This document shows positions 12,699 through 26,508 of a stretch of 60,567 bases of DNA, piece after piece (position 1 is the first letter of the stretch; each line of letters starts with the position of its first letter). Origin of the DNA: Octopus bimaculoides (taxonomy: Eukaryota); assembly GCF_001194135.2 (NCBI RefSeq), contig NC_068995.1, positions 18,231,869 through 18,292,435 of the forward strand. The letters run 5' to 3'. The notes below the pieces were generated by a model. It did no database searches and was not told where the DNA came from. It was given only the letters and a program-made list of their open reading frames with translations. The position numbers and the translations under genes are program-made.

Positions 12699-14844
12699 TA
12701 TATATATATATATATACACAAATATATATGCATGCATGTATACATACATACATACATACATATATATATGCATATTTAATGTGTCTAAGGAGTGCCACTC
12801 ACTTTTAGTAAATCTTTGCATAATATACTCCCCGGTTCGATTTGCACTCATTTGCTCATTTATTTTTTCTAAAATTTTGTTTCATTTTCCAACCTCTTCA
12901 TTTACTCTGTCCGTTATCAGAGCTCTAGTAACAGACACAGTCAACGACAATGGAAGAGGTTGCAAGATGAAACGGAAATTTTAGAATAAGTGGAAATCGA
13001 ACTGGAGAGTATGTTAAGTAATAAGGCACTAAAAGAGGAAGCCTCTTCCCAGACACAATAAATTATTCTTCAACACACACATTCCCATAAAGAATCTTGC
13101 AAACGAAATAAAATAACGAAATATATATATATATTCCTACCGGTATATTTTTGTATACTTGGTTTAAAATATTGTATGAAATACATATTTAATATAAGGT
13201 TTCTCATTCTGAAATCAAACAAATTTTGAAACAAATTTTTGCTTGAAATTCAAACCTTGAATATGATAGAGCCAACCTAGGAATGAAATTTAGCCATCTA
13301 TGCATATTTAATCCGTTTTACGGTTATGCAGTGAGCCTCGTATCCTACTTTCAACTATAAATGTTCTAACACTGAGGAATAGTTGGTGACACTATCAATC
13401 AAATCACTTGTAAGTGTGGAGGCTCCTCTGTCGCTTTATCCTTATTATTAGTATAATATATGGCAGTAGCCCAATTCATAATCGAGATTCATTACTCTAA
13501 TTAGTGATAGCCGCGAAAACGTTCATTAGCACACGGATCAGAGCTCTAGTCTACTTGGAGAGTAGTAACATTAGAACTCTACATTCTATTCAAAAATTAC
13601 CTATCTGTATTAGACCAGAGAAAATTGATAATCACAAAATATTCCTTTTATCTACGGTGAAATCTATAAAGCCAGCAATATCATGATTTGAAATTCACCA
13701 TGAGATTGTATAATGGGTCATGGTTGAGTCATTATAGTCATTAAATCTACAGACTAATTTGTAATCAGTTTTATTTTATAAGCGTTACATAGAGTATTAT
13801 CAATAAAATTATTTATATCGTACATCTATGATCCGATCACTTACACTCTGCCGACAATAATTAAGATACATAAGAATATAACTTGATTATGATAATAAAA
13901 TAATGATAAAATAAACGCAACACAATGGTGTATGCGTAAAATAATTTCAACTGGTTGTAGTTTTTACTTAAATCTTTCCGTATTCCATTTCACAAATACT
14001 GAACGAAACCACCTTTGTGTATAAGTTTTCTACGCACTAATCTATGGTTCACTGCATGTCTGACGGTAAGGATAATAAGAGAATAATTAACATTAGAGGA
14101 CCTTCAATTTACGAGCATCGCTTTCGAGATGTTTTTGCTGATATTTCTCTCGTACGGCGATGTAAAACGACGCAAGCTGCACCCTGATATGCGTGTATGC
14201 AAGATTGTAAATATATATATGTACGAAGGAATTGTGCAAATACGAATGATCTCTGCTTCTAACTGAGCAATAAAGAAGAAAGCATTTTAGTCAATCTAAC
14301 TGACGATTTACATATTTTCATAATTACTAATAAAAAAGTGCCTTTTCCCAGTGAAATATCACATGGGTACATGAAGTTAGGCAATGTGTGCAAACATGTG
14401 TTAATCAAAACCAATACCAGCTTGTCTTCTGAGCGGATTACTGATATCTAGGATTAATAATCCTCCGCCTGAATTTTGTTTTGTTCAGTTTTGTTATTTC
14501 ATTAACAATACAGTTTGCCTCTAAGCACATTTTTTTATCTACTAGGGGCTACAAATTGCAATTATCTATAAATTCTTCGTCTTTTTAAGACCAGATTTAC
14601 GGCAGATTTTTATCCAATTTTCAGTATGTAGGAGATGAGAGTTCTCGCAGAATATAGTCCTGCATCGACTGGATGATCTAATATTCTCCCACAAAAACAT
14701 ATCCAGTTCGATATTTTCTGTGATTTAGCAACATGTTTCCTAGAATTAAAACATTTGTTACCCGCCGCCCCACAACATCACACATATATTCTCTTGCAGA
14801 TATACTAAAATGTGTTTATGTATGCATGCACATGCAGCCCCAAT

Positions 14845-14846
<2 letters not shown>

Positions 14847-14903
<57 letters not shown>
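14847..14903. repeat. (CTA)n microsatellite
   Basis: Read directly. Confidence 0.97.
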
Positions 14904-14904
<1 letters not shown>

Positions 14905-16532
14905 TTATCGCTACATATATTTATGGATCCGTCTATTGCAACTTGTTTCTGTTTCTATTCTGTTATCTTACTTAGCATTCATCTTTATTGTTCGCTACTC
15001 TTCTGGCTTCGCATTTCTTAGTGTAGATCCATTAGGACTATCAATAAATTGCAAGACCAGTACAGCAAAAGAATAAAATAAAGTAAGAATAGAGGTAATT
15101 ATAATAATACATATAAACATAATAGTATTTAAGGCATGAATATTCAAGTTGATCCTTACTAACAGGTGGGCTATGGGAAGTACTTATGGGTATGTGAGTA
15201 GTGTTTTATTTAGTTATATCAGAAATATACTCCCAATCAAGAAATTATCTGCATGAGAGTAGTGGAAGGAGAAGCGATAAGTTGAAAAGTAAATAATGAT
15301 AAACAGACGATAAAGGGTTCCATTATAGGAGATTAGCCTGATAATATATTATCGTACTAAGATGTGTAGCTGAGACATATACTAGAGTAGAGTTTAGGAA
15401 GTAGGTAGGTCTGAGTACTAATTTCAAGCTACTAGTAAAGTTCAAAATAGAAGGGTTAAAGTGTACATGTCTGAGTTAAAGTATATTTAGGCTTGTAGAC
15501 TATAGTTGAAGGGAGGTAACTGTGTATTGCAAAAAAAGTGTGTAAACCATTCGTAGACACTAAAAGTAAAGTTGAGATGATTACCAATTCTGGATATAAG
15601 CAGAAGGTATTCATGTTACGGTATAACTTACGGAACTATTGGCATCTATAATGGATCTATAATGGATCCATTAAATAACCGTAAGTTGTTTTGTAATTAT
15701 AATTGTATTAGGTTTTTAAGTTGCAAAGACTGTAACTTTGTAATCATATGGAATACTTATAATGGGGCTTATCTTGGCCCATGTGGAGATGATGGGATAT
15801 ACATGTAGTGTAGATGATATATGTATTTTAATCTACCTAGGTATTGAGGTAGTAGTAGTTATACATACCAAGACACCCGGATATATTCCTAATGAGTGCT
15901 TAAAATGAGTGTTTAAAATATATGCGTAGAGATTTATGTTAATAAGAATATCGAATATGGAGTAACATCCCAAGGATAAACAGGTGTAATTGCATATTTA
16001 TATCTATGTATACATACGAACATACACATACGCACACATATAGACACACATACAGAAACGTATCTATACATTCATATACACTCACACGTACATACATACA
16101 CATACGGACATGTGTATATATATATATATATNNNNNNNNNNNNNNNNNNNNNNNNNNNNNNNNNNNNNNNNNNNNNNNNNNNNNNNNNNNNNNNNNNNNN
16201 NNNNNNNNNNNNNNNNNNNNNNNNNNNNNNNNNNNNNNNNNNNNNNNNNNNNNNNNNNNNNNNNNNNNNNNNNNNNNNNNNNNNNNNNNNNNNNNNNNNN
16301 NNNNNNNNNNNNNNNNNNNNNNNNNNNNNNNNNNNNNNNNNNNNNNNNNNNNNNNNNNNNNNNNNNNNNNNNNNNNNNNNNNNNNNNNNNNNNNNNNNNN
16401 NNNNNNNNNNNNNNNNNNNNNNNNNNNNNNNNNNNNNNNNNNNNNNNNNNNNNNNNNNNNNNNNNNNNNNNNNNNNNNNNNNNNNNNNNNNNNNNNNNNN
16501 NNNNNNNNNNNNNNNNNNNNNNNNNNNNNNNN

Positions 16533-16566
<34 letters not shown>

Positions 16567-16814
16567 CCATACCTATGAATATATTGCCCCTATTTTGTTT
16601 ACATTCACATTGTCCGTTCTCAAACACTCATGACATGAGTACTTTATGTTTATACGTGAAATATAAGTATGCGCCAAAATTGTAGGACACTGTGCCCTAC
16701 AAAGATAGAGATTAGAGACATAGTATATATGCTTTAACATATCCAACTTAAACTCAATGTTTGATTTACATTAATTGCTTGTGTACATATTTGCAGTAGA
16801 GTCATACAAAATTA

Positions 16815-17302
16815 AAAACAGTTTTTTGTGGAAGCTGGGTTCTTCAGGTGGTCATTAAGCTCTGCAGTAATTTTGGAAGCTGTACTTAGGTGATCCTTTC
16901 TAACAATTCGCGTAAGTGTCCGACGATCCCTATTTGAAAGTTTTGGTTTCCTTCCGGAGTTTTGTTTCGACGAGCAGGTTTTTCCCTCTTTCTCAAAGGC
17001 TCTCATTACTTTCGAGACAGTACTTCTTGATACATGAAATATTTCTGCTGTTTTTGTTATGCTAGCGCCTGCCATACGAGAACCAACAATTTAACCTCAT
17101 TGAAAGTTCGATAGGTCTGTCATTTTAATAAATTTCAATTACCTTTTCCTAATGATATCTGAAAAGAAACAGCAATTTTAGCAAAATATTTTAAGCAACA
17201 CTAATAATTAATGAAAAACATAAATAAATAAACAAGCTTTTGACGGTTTTATAGATATTTCAAAATGATGATGCTATGATGCTGGGTGTTTCCATTATTT
17301 TT
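16815..17302 (-). mobile_element. Tc1-family DNA transposon remnant: N-terminal HTH region of the transposase plus a remnant of the left end
   Basis: From ATG at 17123: MTDLSNFQ*G*IVGSRMAGASITKTAEIFHVSRSTVSKVMRAFEKEGKTCSSKQNSGRKPKLSNRDRRTLTRIVRKDHLSTASKITAELNDHLKNPASTK, a typical Tc1 paired-like HTH, GRKPKL linker and second HTH. Two in-frame stops and no DDE domain. TIR-like AAAAATAATGGAAACACC on the minus strand at about 17285-17302. Confidence 0.9.
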
Positions 17303-19342
17303 ATTCTTAATCGAAAATATTTACTAAATTTTATAATATATTTAGGTAGTAATCTAATGATTGCGATCTATTTAGATGTGACTCTTCATTAGACAATAAA
17401 GCATATAAAACCCGAAACAAACCCAATGAGAAGCTGATTCTTCAACTTGATATTAATACATTGTAGTTTCAAGATTTAACTAAGAATAATAGCACAACTT
17501 CCTGCTGTCAGCATAGAAATCTTCGATAGACTGGTTTCACTGTACACCCAGAAGTACCCTGGGTACTCTAACTATCATTTGGAGCGAAATTTGGAAGCAA
17601 ATCTACAAATCTGGAGCAGCAGGCGAATTTTAAACAGACATGTGTTACACTCTATTTCTTCCAAATTATATACTTGCTTCGTCTTAGTATGTTGGTCCAT
17701 AAAATTTTTTTCAGTATCTATGATTATATCAAACTTTGAAATGAATAAATTTAAGTATTCCATTTGTTGCTATGTAATCTGTTTTAACAAAAAATGAATT
17801 GCGAAAATGACGGTTCAGTTTTACTGAGAATACGCAGAATAACGAGTTCAGAATGTTTTGCAGGATTTTAGTTCAAGTATTAGATATGTGATGATGAAAT
17901 AATAAAATTGGACACGTTTCACAAATCAGTTGACACTGGAAATGCTGTTTAAAAAGTCATACTTTTGAAAAATGTGATCAGAAGGAGCAGTCGATCATTT
18001 TCCTAAATGTCTCATGGTACGCTACGATCCCAGGCAGACAAAGTAGATATAGAATATCCGTATCTCTTAAAACCACACAGTCGGTCCCTTTTCAATAATC
18101 CACTTCTCTTTTTGTAAGTTTTAATTTATTTTTATGTATTGAACAAGTAGTGTTCTCTAAATAATATAACACATACAAATACACGCATGCGCGCAGAGTA
18201 ATGATACCTACATACAAATACACATGCGAGTGCAAGTGTGTGTGTGTGTGCGTGTGTGTGTGTGTGTGTGTATGTGTGTGTGTATACGCGGTAAAGTAAT
18301 CATACGTAACGTATTTAATTATTAAGAGTGTATCGCCCGGAGAGATCTACATAAATTTTCTTGAAGACCGCTATCAGCAATATTAGAATTGAATATTTGC
18401 GCAGAATAACTGCTAAAATAATTGAAAAGCACATTCACGCAATGATGATCAGTACTCGCATATCCGCATACATACACACGCGAATGCAAATACACTGAAA
18501 CACGAACACGTCCTGATACATATAAAATATGTGTATGTGTCTATGTGTGTATATATANNNNNNNNNNNNNNNNNNNNNNNNNNNNNNNNNNNNNNNNNNN
18601 NNNNNNNNNNNNNNNNNNNNNNNNNNNNNNNNNNNNNNNNNNNNNNNNNNNNNNNNNNNNNNNNNNNNNNNNNNNNNNNNNNNNNNNNNNNNNNNNNNNN
18701 NNNNNNNNNNNNNNNNNNNNNNNNNNNNNNNNNNNNNNNNNNNNNNNNNNNNNNNNNNNNNNNNNNNNNNNNNNNNNNNNNNNNNNNNNNNNNNNNNNNN
18801 NNNNNNNNNNNNNNNNNNNNNNNNNNNNNNNNNNNNNNNNNNAGAAATGGCGTGGAGAATCGATAGATACATGTACACTTGCATATAAACTAACGTACAT
18901 ATATAAATATAGCGTTGATGGGTAACTGAACTTCAACTTCACGTACCTATTTAAAATCTGTCGCTGGAGGGTGTTGTCTTCAGACATTTATCAGAAGACC
19001 GCTATCATTAACGTCCGCAGAATAAAATAAATCAAATTGAATTTTTCAACTTCAAATATATATATTTTTCTCGCGTAACATACCTTTGTTTATGAAGAAC
19101 TTTTTCTTTCTCCGTACCAAATAAACTAAATGCGTCCCTAAATGTTTCCTGCACGATCTTTCGATCTGGTTTTATTGCTTTCCCTAAGATGACTATTGGG
19201 AAGGGTCTTAGAGAGTGTCGGATAGAATGCCCCGCCTTGTTTGTTACGATTTCTGTACTCTCATTTAAAAATACTGGAATTCACTTCTTTATTTCATCCA
19301 TTCCATGTGGATAAGTAACACTTCATTACTTGTGTAATCCAC

Positions 19343-19373
19343 TACTGCTACAGCAACAACAACAACAACAACA

Positions 19374-19407
<34 letters not shown>

Positions 19408-19425
19408 AAATGTGTGCTACTACTT

Positions 19426-19501
<76 letters not shown>

Positions 19502-19516
19502 AACTACTACTACTAA
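19343..19516. repeat. Compound (CAA)n(CTA)n...(CTA)n(CTG)n microsatellite
   Basis: Read directly. Confidence 0.97.
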
Positions 19517-20583
19517 CTTTTCTTTTACTTTCATCATCCTCGTCTGGCTCATCATCATTTTCATTAGACCGTGCCTCATATTGTCTAGATACTTCACTAA
19601 GTGTCACGCCTGAGAATTGCTGGACTAGTATACATATATCTTGCTAAACACATCATACGCATTAATACGTCGAGGAAAAATTCACTTGATTATGTAATTG
19701 TGATTTCATTTAAGAAATCGGAAAAAATCCATCATATCTCTCTGCGTATCTTATACATTCGCACTTTCCCCCTTTACCTCCTCTCTCTTTTATTTCGGAA
19801 GAACCTTTAACTGTAACGTATTCAAAAAGATGTCCAACATGCTAAGCTACTCATATGCTAAGCTAAACATTCCTCAAATTAATCTAATCTATTATAGACA
19901 TGTCCGGTCTTCTCCCAGCATCGAAGACCGGACATTTTCCTTACTCAACATCAGTAGGATTTTTCTTTTTTATTTCAGAGCCAGCCAGCTGGACTTACTT
20001 TATCATGCTACACACTAAAGAATGATCGTTTTCTGGAAGTTCGGGGAAGTAATATTCGATGATGTATGATATGCGTCCTTCCCATCAAAAACTCCCCCAC
20101 TACATTATTTCATCAATATCTCTTCTTAAGAATCATAATTCTCATGTCATATGGCATTATGCAAATATTTATTTACGAAGGACTCTCTGTCTCATTCTCA
20201 ATCAAATCAGGTGTGTTTTAATTACAATATTCCGTCACACCGAACAAAACCCTATCTTTCGCTGATGGTGCCGTGTTTCACACCCGAAGTTTCCTTGCAC
20301 ACGTTTAAAACGCACACAAAATGATGCAGTATTGCTATTACCTTATCGTAGAACTTGATAGAATCTTCACATTAGCTAACGTTAATTCTAACTGAAAAAA
20401 TCTCAAGCATTTCTTATGCAGAGCCAGAAATCCGGGACCTGGAATTATCCAGTAATTTTTTGCTAGTTTATTTTGTCTATTTTTCTTCTCTCCTGGTGCT
20501 GTATGAACATTTCATGTGGTTTTAGAGTCAAGATTTGGCTGTTATTTCTAGCATGGGGATATCTCTCAGATACCTGAATTATA

Positions 20584-20615
<32 letters not shown>

Positions 20616-22493
20616 NNNNNNNNNNNNNNNNNNNNNNNNNNNNNNNNNNNNNNNNNNNNNNNNNNNNNNNNNNNNNNNNNNNNNNNNNNNNNNNNNNNNN
20701 NNNNNNNNNNNNNNNNNNNNNNNNNNNNNNNNNNNNNNNNNNNNNNNNNNNNNNNNNNNNNNNNNNNNNNNNNNNNNNNNNNNNNNNNNNNNNNNNNNNN
20801 NNNNNNNNNNNNNNNNNNNNNNNNNNNNNNNNNNNNNNNNNNNNNNNNNNNNNNNNNNNNNNNNNNNNNNNNNNNNNNNNNNNNNNNNNNNNNNNNNNNN
20901 NNNNNNNNNNNNNNNNNNNNNNNNNNNNNNNNNNNNNNNNNNNNNNNNNNNNNNNNNNNNNNNNNNNNNNNNNNNNNNNNNNNNNNNNNNNNNNNNNNNN
21001 NNNNNNNNNNNNNNNNNNNNNNNNNNNNNNNNNNNNNNNNNNNNNNNNNNNNNNNNNNNNNNNNNNNNNNNNNNNNNNNNNNNNNNNNNNNNNNNNNNNN
21101 NNNNNNNNNNNNNNNNNNNNNNNNNNNNNNNNNNNNNNNNNNNNNNNNNNNNNNNNNNNNNNNNNNNNNNNNNNNNNNNNNNNNNNNNNNNNNNNNNNNN
21201 NNNNNNNNNNNNNNNNNNNNNNNNNNNNNNNNNNNNNNNNNNNNNNNNNNNNNNNNNNNNNNNNNNNNNNNNNNNNNNNNNNNNNNNNNNNNNNNNNNNN
21301 NNNNNNNNNNNNNNNNNNNNNNNNNTATAGTAAAACTGACACTTTTCCCCTGAGGTGAGAACTGGAAAGAAAACAATTTTTAAGAACATATCATTTTGAA
21401 ATCAATAAAAGATAAAATGATAGAAATAAATATGGGAGAAAAAAGTTCAGAAATATAATTAACTTCGTTCAATGAAAATGCACACAGGATTTTCATCTAT
21501 TTAAATATTCCAGAATAAACAAAGAGTGTTAAATTATTTCTTTTGTTTACAATATTTTTATTTTAGCGATTATTAATTTAAATTGATTTCAATGGATAAA
21601 AAATAATTTGTGTGTGTGTATGAGCTGTATTTACCTTTGAATATTCTGTCATTTCCTGAAAAGTAGGATACATTTGATTACCCGGGCGTATTTATTTGAC
21701 CTAAGAATCAAACGAAGTGAGTAAAAGAAATGCCTTGAACGAAATATGAAGTCATTTATTTAATACAGACGGGAAAAGAGTGTACTAGTAGAATTGAAGA
21801 AAATTAAGAAAAGAAAAGTCCGAAACGAATTTAGATTTTTGATTACAAATGTCTCCAGTGATTATCTGCGAAGTCATTGGTGGAGAAGTGACAGTAAATT
21901 AGTGGCAGCCGAATACGGCCAACGAGTTCTATGAAATTATCTATGCTAAATCTTAAATTGAAATATGAAAAAGCAGTAGAAAATGCAAATTAGAAAAAGA
22001 GAAAATATATAATTTGGAAAGAATAAATATAATACAAATAACTATGATGGAGAATACTACGAAAACAGAAATAGGCTTACAAAATCTGCATCATCTTAAT
22101 TTACAATGTAATAAACAAATAGAGAATTGAGAGGTGATAAATTGAAATATGTGTAATAAATAAAAACCTTACAAACAACATATGGTAAAAGTCATTGTGT
22201 TGGATGTTTGAATAGAAAATAAGGGAAATTAAATAGGAAAACGTTTCACGTATAATAAATATGTAAAATAAACTCCGAATCAACAATAATTTTAAAGTGA
22301 CTTTCAGAATAGCATGTTTTTTGAATTGGATTTATATTACGGAAAATAAAATAAATTTGCCATCTCATTAGAAAACCGTATTGCCAATCGATTCTATTTA
22401 TACGCATAGCTACCTAATGTACAACTTTTACTTGTTTCTATACAAATCTTCTTCATAATGAAACTGAATTTGCTTTACTTTGCTTCCTTTTTT

Positions 22494-22614
<121 letters not shown>

Positions 22615-23117
22615 TTCTATTGGAAGAATGTGTCTTGGAAAAATTATATTTTAGACTCATTGCAAAAAAAAAAAGAGCAGTGAAAGAAAATTTAAATAGA
22701 ATATATTATTTGTTATTTTTAGCTTCAGTCAATCTCTTAATCGGGAATATTTTTTGAAGTGTAAGCTGATATCTTGCTCTAAATTATATTTTGTCCTTTA
22801 CAGTAAACTTGTCAAACTTTCGAGTTTCAAATTACTGGAAGACATTAAATTAGGTAACTCTAAACCGTGCTCTACATTTCATTCTTCTCTTTTGCGTTTT
22901 TTTAAAAATACTTTTCTTATAGTTTGTAACAAAACGTTATGATAACATCGAAGAAACTTCCATGTCATCGGCCGTTATTTTTTAACAAAAATATTCCTCG
23001 TCGTAATTAGCACAAAAAATATATTAATAAATGTATGTATATGTCTATATTGTGTATGCTCATACAGACTCACGTGCATATGTATGCATGAACTTACACC
23101 TTCACACACACACACAA

Positions 23118-23156
<39 letters not shown>

Positions 23157-23187
23157 TATATTTAAATATATATGTATNNNNNNNNNN

Positions 23188-23246
<59 letters not shown>

Positions 23247-23436
23247 TGAGTAAATATATATATATTTATATGTACACACACACAAACAAATAAATATATA
23301 TATATGCATGTGTATATATATGTATGTGTGTGTGTATACATATGTACATATATACATGTATATATATATAAATTATACATGTATATTTATATGAATATTT
23401 ATATATTTATATATATCCACATACAGCCACACACAG

Positions 23437-23470
<34 letters not shown>

Positions 23471-23622
23471 TTAAGGAAATAAGAATGACAAAAGAATACA
23501 CAATTATTTTATGAACTTCATTATTTCATAGCTTTTTCTGCTAAAATTTACATTGAACTCATGATTGAGTGCTTACGTCACACCTTAGAGCTCATCTATG
23601 TGTTCACGGCATCAAATAATAG

Positions 23623-23970
23623 ATAAAGGTTCCGGAATTCATCTTTAATCCAGAACAAATATTCAAAAGTAAGACCGACGTTTCTTACGCATCGGAAAAA
23701 ATAATCTACGTCATAATTTGTTCAGGATGTGAACATATCTATATAGGCCAAAGAAGAATATCTCTCAGACAGAGAACGCTCCATGAGTAAAAAAAATCAT
23801 TTTCCAAAGACATAGGCAGATACGATTAAGCGAATTCATACAGAGATGAGCGCAGAATCTCAAGGTAAGCTCAAAAATTTCACCTACTTACCAATACAGT
23901 GAAACATCTTATGTAGAACAGCGGTTAAATAGAGACTACGCTCATTGAAAAATAATATCCGTCCTAGTGT
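23623..23970 (+). mobile_element. Penelope-like element, GIY-YIG endonuclease fragment (decayed)
   Basis: IKVPEFIFNPEQIFKSKTDVSYASEKIIYVIICSGCEHIYIGQRRISLRQRTLHE* (23623-23790): an IIY...CxxC...YIGQ...LxxRxxH pattern typical of PLE GIY-YIG domains. It continues after a frameshift (HRQIRLSEFIQR...; LIEK*YPS). Confidence 0.8.
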
Positions 23971-25180
23971 ACGGAGAAATAATCAATTTTGGACTACGTA
24001 AATATTTTAGTACGTTAATTTATAACTTTTTAATCTAAATATAGTCAATTCCCCTTGATAAAAAGTAATAACCTCCCTTCCTTCTAATTATAAGAATCAC
24101 TGATTACCTCCCCTAAAATTTATTTGCTTCCTGTATCATTCATAAATATCCTTCTTTCCGACGAAAATTGAATGAAAACATCTCAAGATAGCATGAAATT
24201 GTAACATTATCACTAACAAGCGAAACATGTCGACTATGTAAATATTTCATTTTATGAAATGATACATATTTTGTCCAGCATAAAATTACTGTACATTTCA
24301 CTTGCTTTTATGCGTTTCACTACAAGTCACCATTTGCAAGATTTTTTTTTAGTTTCTTAGGTTCGCTGAGCATCTGCTAACACTTTGCAAGTACCACGTC
24401 CCTGAGTTGTTTATTTGTTCTTCTTTTGTTCTTTCTTTGTTTTCTTTTTTGGGGTGGGGGATTATATATATATATATATATATATAGTAATTGAACTGAC
24501 GCCTTCACTTCTTGTTAGGTCGTAAAAAACAAAACAATATCTCTCTGTATGGGATGAACTCTACACGAAATCAAGAATTAATTATGAAACCTGCAACTGG
24601 AGCAAGGTCAATTGAGCGTTCGAATCTAGCATATTTCTCTCCCTTCGCATTTTGTGCACAAAGATGTGTCTGACATTATGTTGTTCGCTTTTCAATAACC
24701 TATAGGTGTCTAAAATAGAAAAGACTTATATTTATTCTACAACAAACTATAATCAAATGTGTTTCACATTATCGAAATCAATATACGCGTGCCATAAATA
24801 ATTTACAATTGCAATGTGTTGGCACTCAGATTCCACCTGTGAATTCCTGCTACCAGAGAATATTAGACTTTCGCTGTGGGAGGGCTTCTAAGACTTAGCG
24901 GCCAAGTGCATTTTTTGTACTGATTGGCGCGATAGTAATTTCACCTAAAGAAACTATGTGCTTCGTGACCTTGAATTAAAGCTTTCCTATTCGCCTACCT
25001 GTTTAGAACACGCAGCGACAATATCAGTCCAATGTATTCTAGCTCCGACCAATTTATACCAGGTCTAGATAGGAGATTGCGTACACGGATCACGAAGAAA
25101 TCAAGCATTTGTGTACTGGATCCAACTAAAAACAAAACTCACCAGTCCCATCTGTTTCTTTCCCCCTCTCTCTTTCCATT

Positions 25181-25221
<41 letters not shown>

Positions 25222-26363
25222 ATCTATATATATATCTATATATATATATATATATACATACACACGCACATGTGTATACATATTTTTATTGAAGTCAGAG
25301 CTACTTTGATATATTTACATTAGAATTCTTTCTGTAAAATAGAAAAAAATCGGAAGGAAAATTACATAGAAAAAATTGATGAAAATATAATAAACTTTTC
25401 ACCTTTTAATACTGAATTTGTGGTAAATAATCATTTTTGTATAGCGTTAATTGGTTGTGCGTATTTGAATGATTATTTATTGAAAAACATATTCTTAACA
25501 AACGGATGTTAACTGAAAGTGACATAAGAAGAGTATAAGATGACTGACAGATTAATAATTTCTCTGTAACTGGTGTCCAAGACGACGTTATATATAACGT
25601 TGTCCTAAACAATAATCTATCTTAAACATGCTCTGAGGCTTCAGTATAAAATATATAACGAGTTCAGTGAATGTAATACTAAGAGAGAAATGAATGTAAC
25701 TCGGGAGTCTAAGTCACATTCTTGTGTATGAGTAAAAGGAAAGGAAGAGAGAGAGAGAGAGAATGTTTTAAAAGAACAAGGAACAAGGGAAATATATCAC
25801 AAAACCAAAGATGCTATTGCAAAATCTATAACAAATTGCTATATTTGTCTAATATCTTTTTGTTTTCTAAATGCAGTGCATATTGTATACATATATACTT
25901 ACATATATAGTATTAATAAAAACATTCACACTACTAACTGCTAATTCAAATTGTATAAAATGTACACATGTTTCAGTAAATAACCTGGCAACATTTACAA
26001 GGATTTGGCCAAATTGCATAATGTTAGCGATCAACTCTACAATGTTTTTAAAGAAAAATAAGCTAAAATGCTAAATTTGCTTTATTTCATATCTACGTTA
26101 TGTAAATTGGCTTGGAGAAGTCTAGTGTGATAATGTTCTAAGCAGTAGGACGTGTAAAAAAAGACACAAGTCGTCACTGTGATGAGTGTTGGAAAGGCCA
26201 CGCCTTTGAAAACCTTAATAGTAAGTATAGTATCACATCTATACTATTCGACATAAAGGATGGCGCCCATCTCACCTAACTTATATTAATAAATCTGTTA
26301 TTATGGCTAGAGAAAACATTACTTTTCAAGGGAGAGTACTGTAGGCACTCAAGGGCTGACGTA

Positions 26364-26508
26364 TTAGAAGCGATTATAGGAACGTGGCGTTCTGTTCAGG
26401 TCATTGTCTAGGTTCCAGGTCTCTATATATTGAAGTATAGCTTCCTGCTCCAAGGTGGCGGACCCATTAGAGACGACAATCTCTTCATCATTTCTTGGTG
26501 TTCCCAGT
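26364..26508 (-). CDS. Candidate terminal coding exon of an unidentified minus-strand gene
   Basis: Acceptor GGGATTTTTTTTCGTTCAG|A at 26509/26508, then 1 nt plus 47 codons LGTPRNDEEIVVSNGSATLEQEAILQYIETWNLDNDLNRTPRSYNRF* in a GC-elevated block, with AATAAA about 280 nt downstream (26086-26081). No family recognised. Confidence 0.4.

Noticed and set aside
12916-13550. 14-bp exact repeat ATCAGAGCTCTAGT at 12916 and 13537
   Set aside because: No flanking similarity; too long a separation and no element features in between to call it a TSD; compatible with chance.
15150-15950. Possible mitochondrial insertion (NUMT) suggested by strand skew
   Set aside because: No mitochondrial protein or RNA motif recognised in any frame under the invertebrate mitochondrial code.
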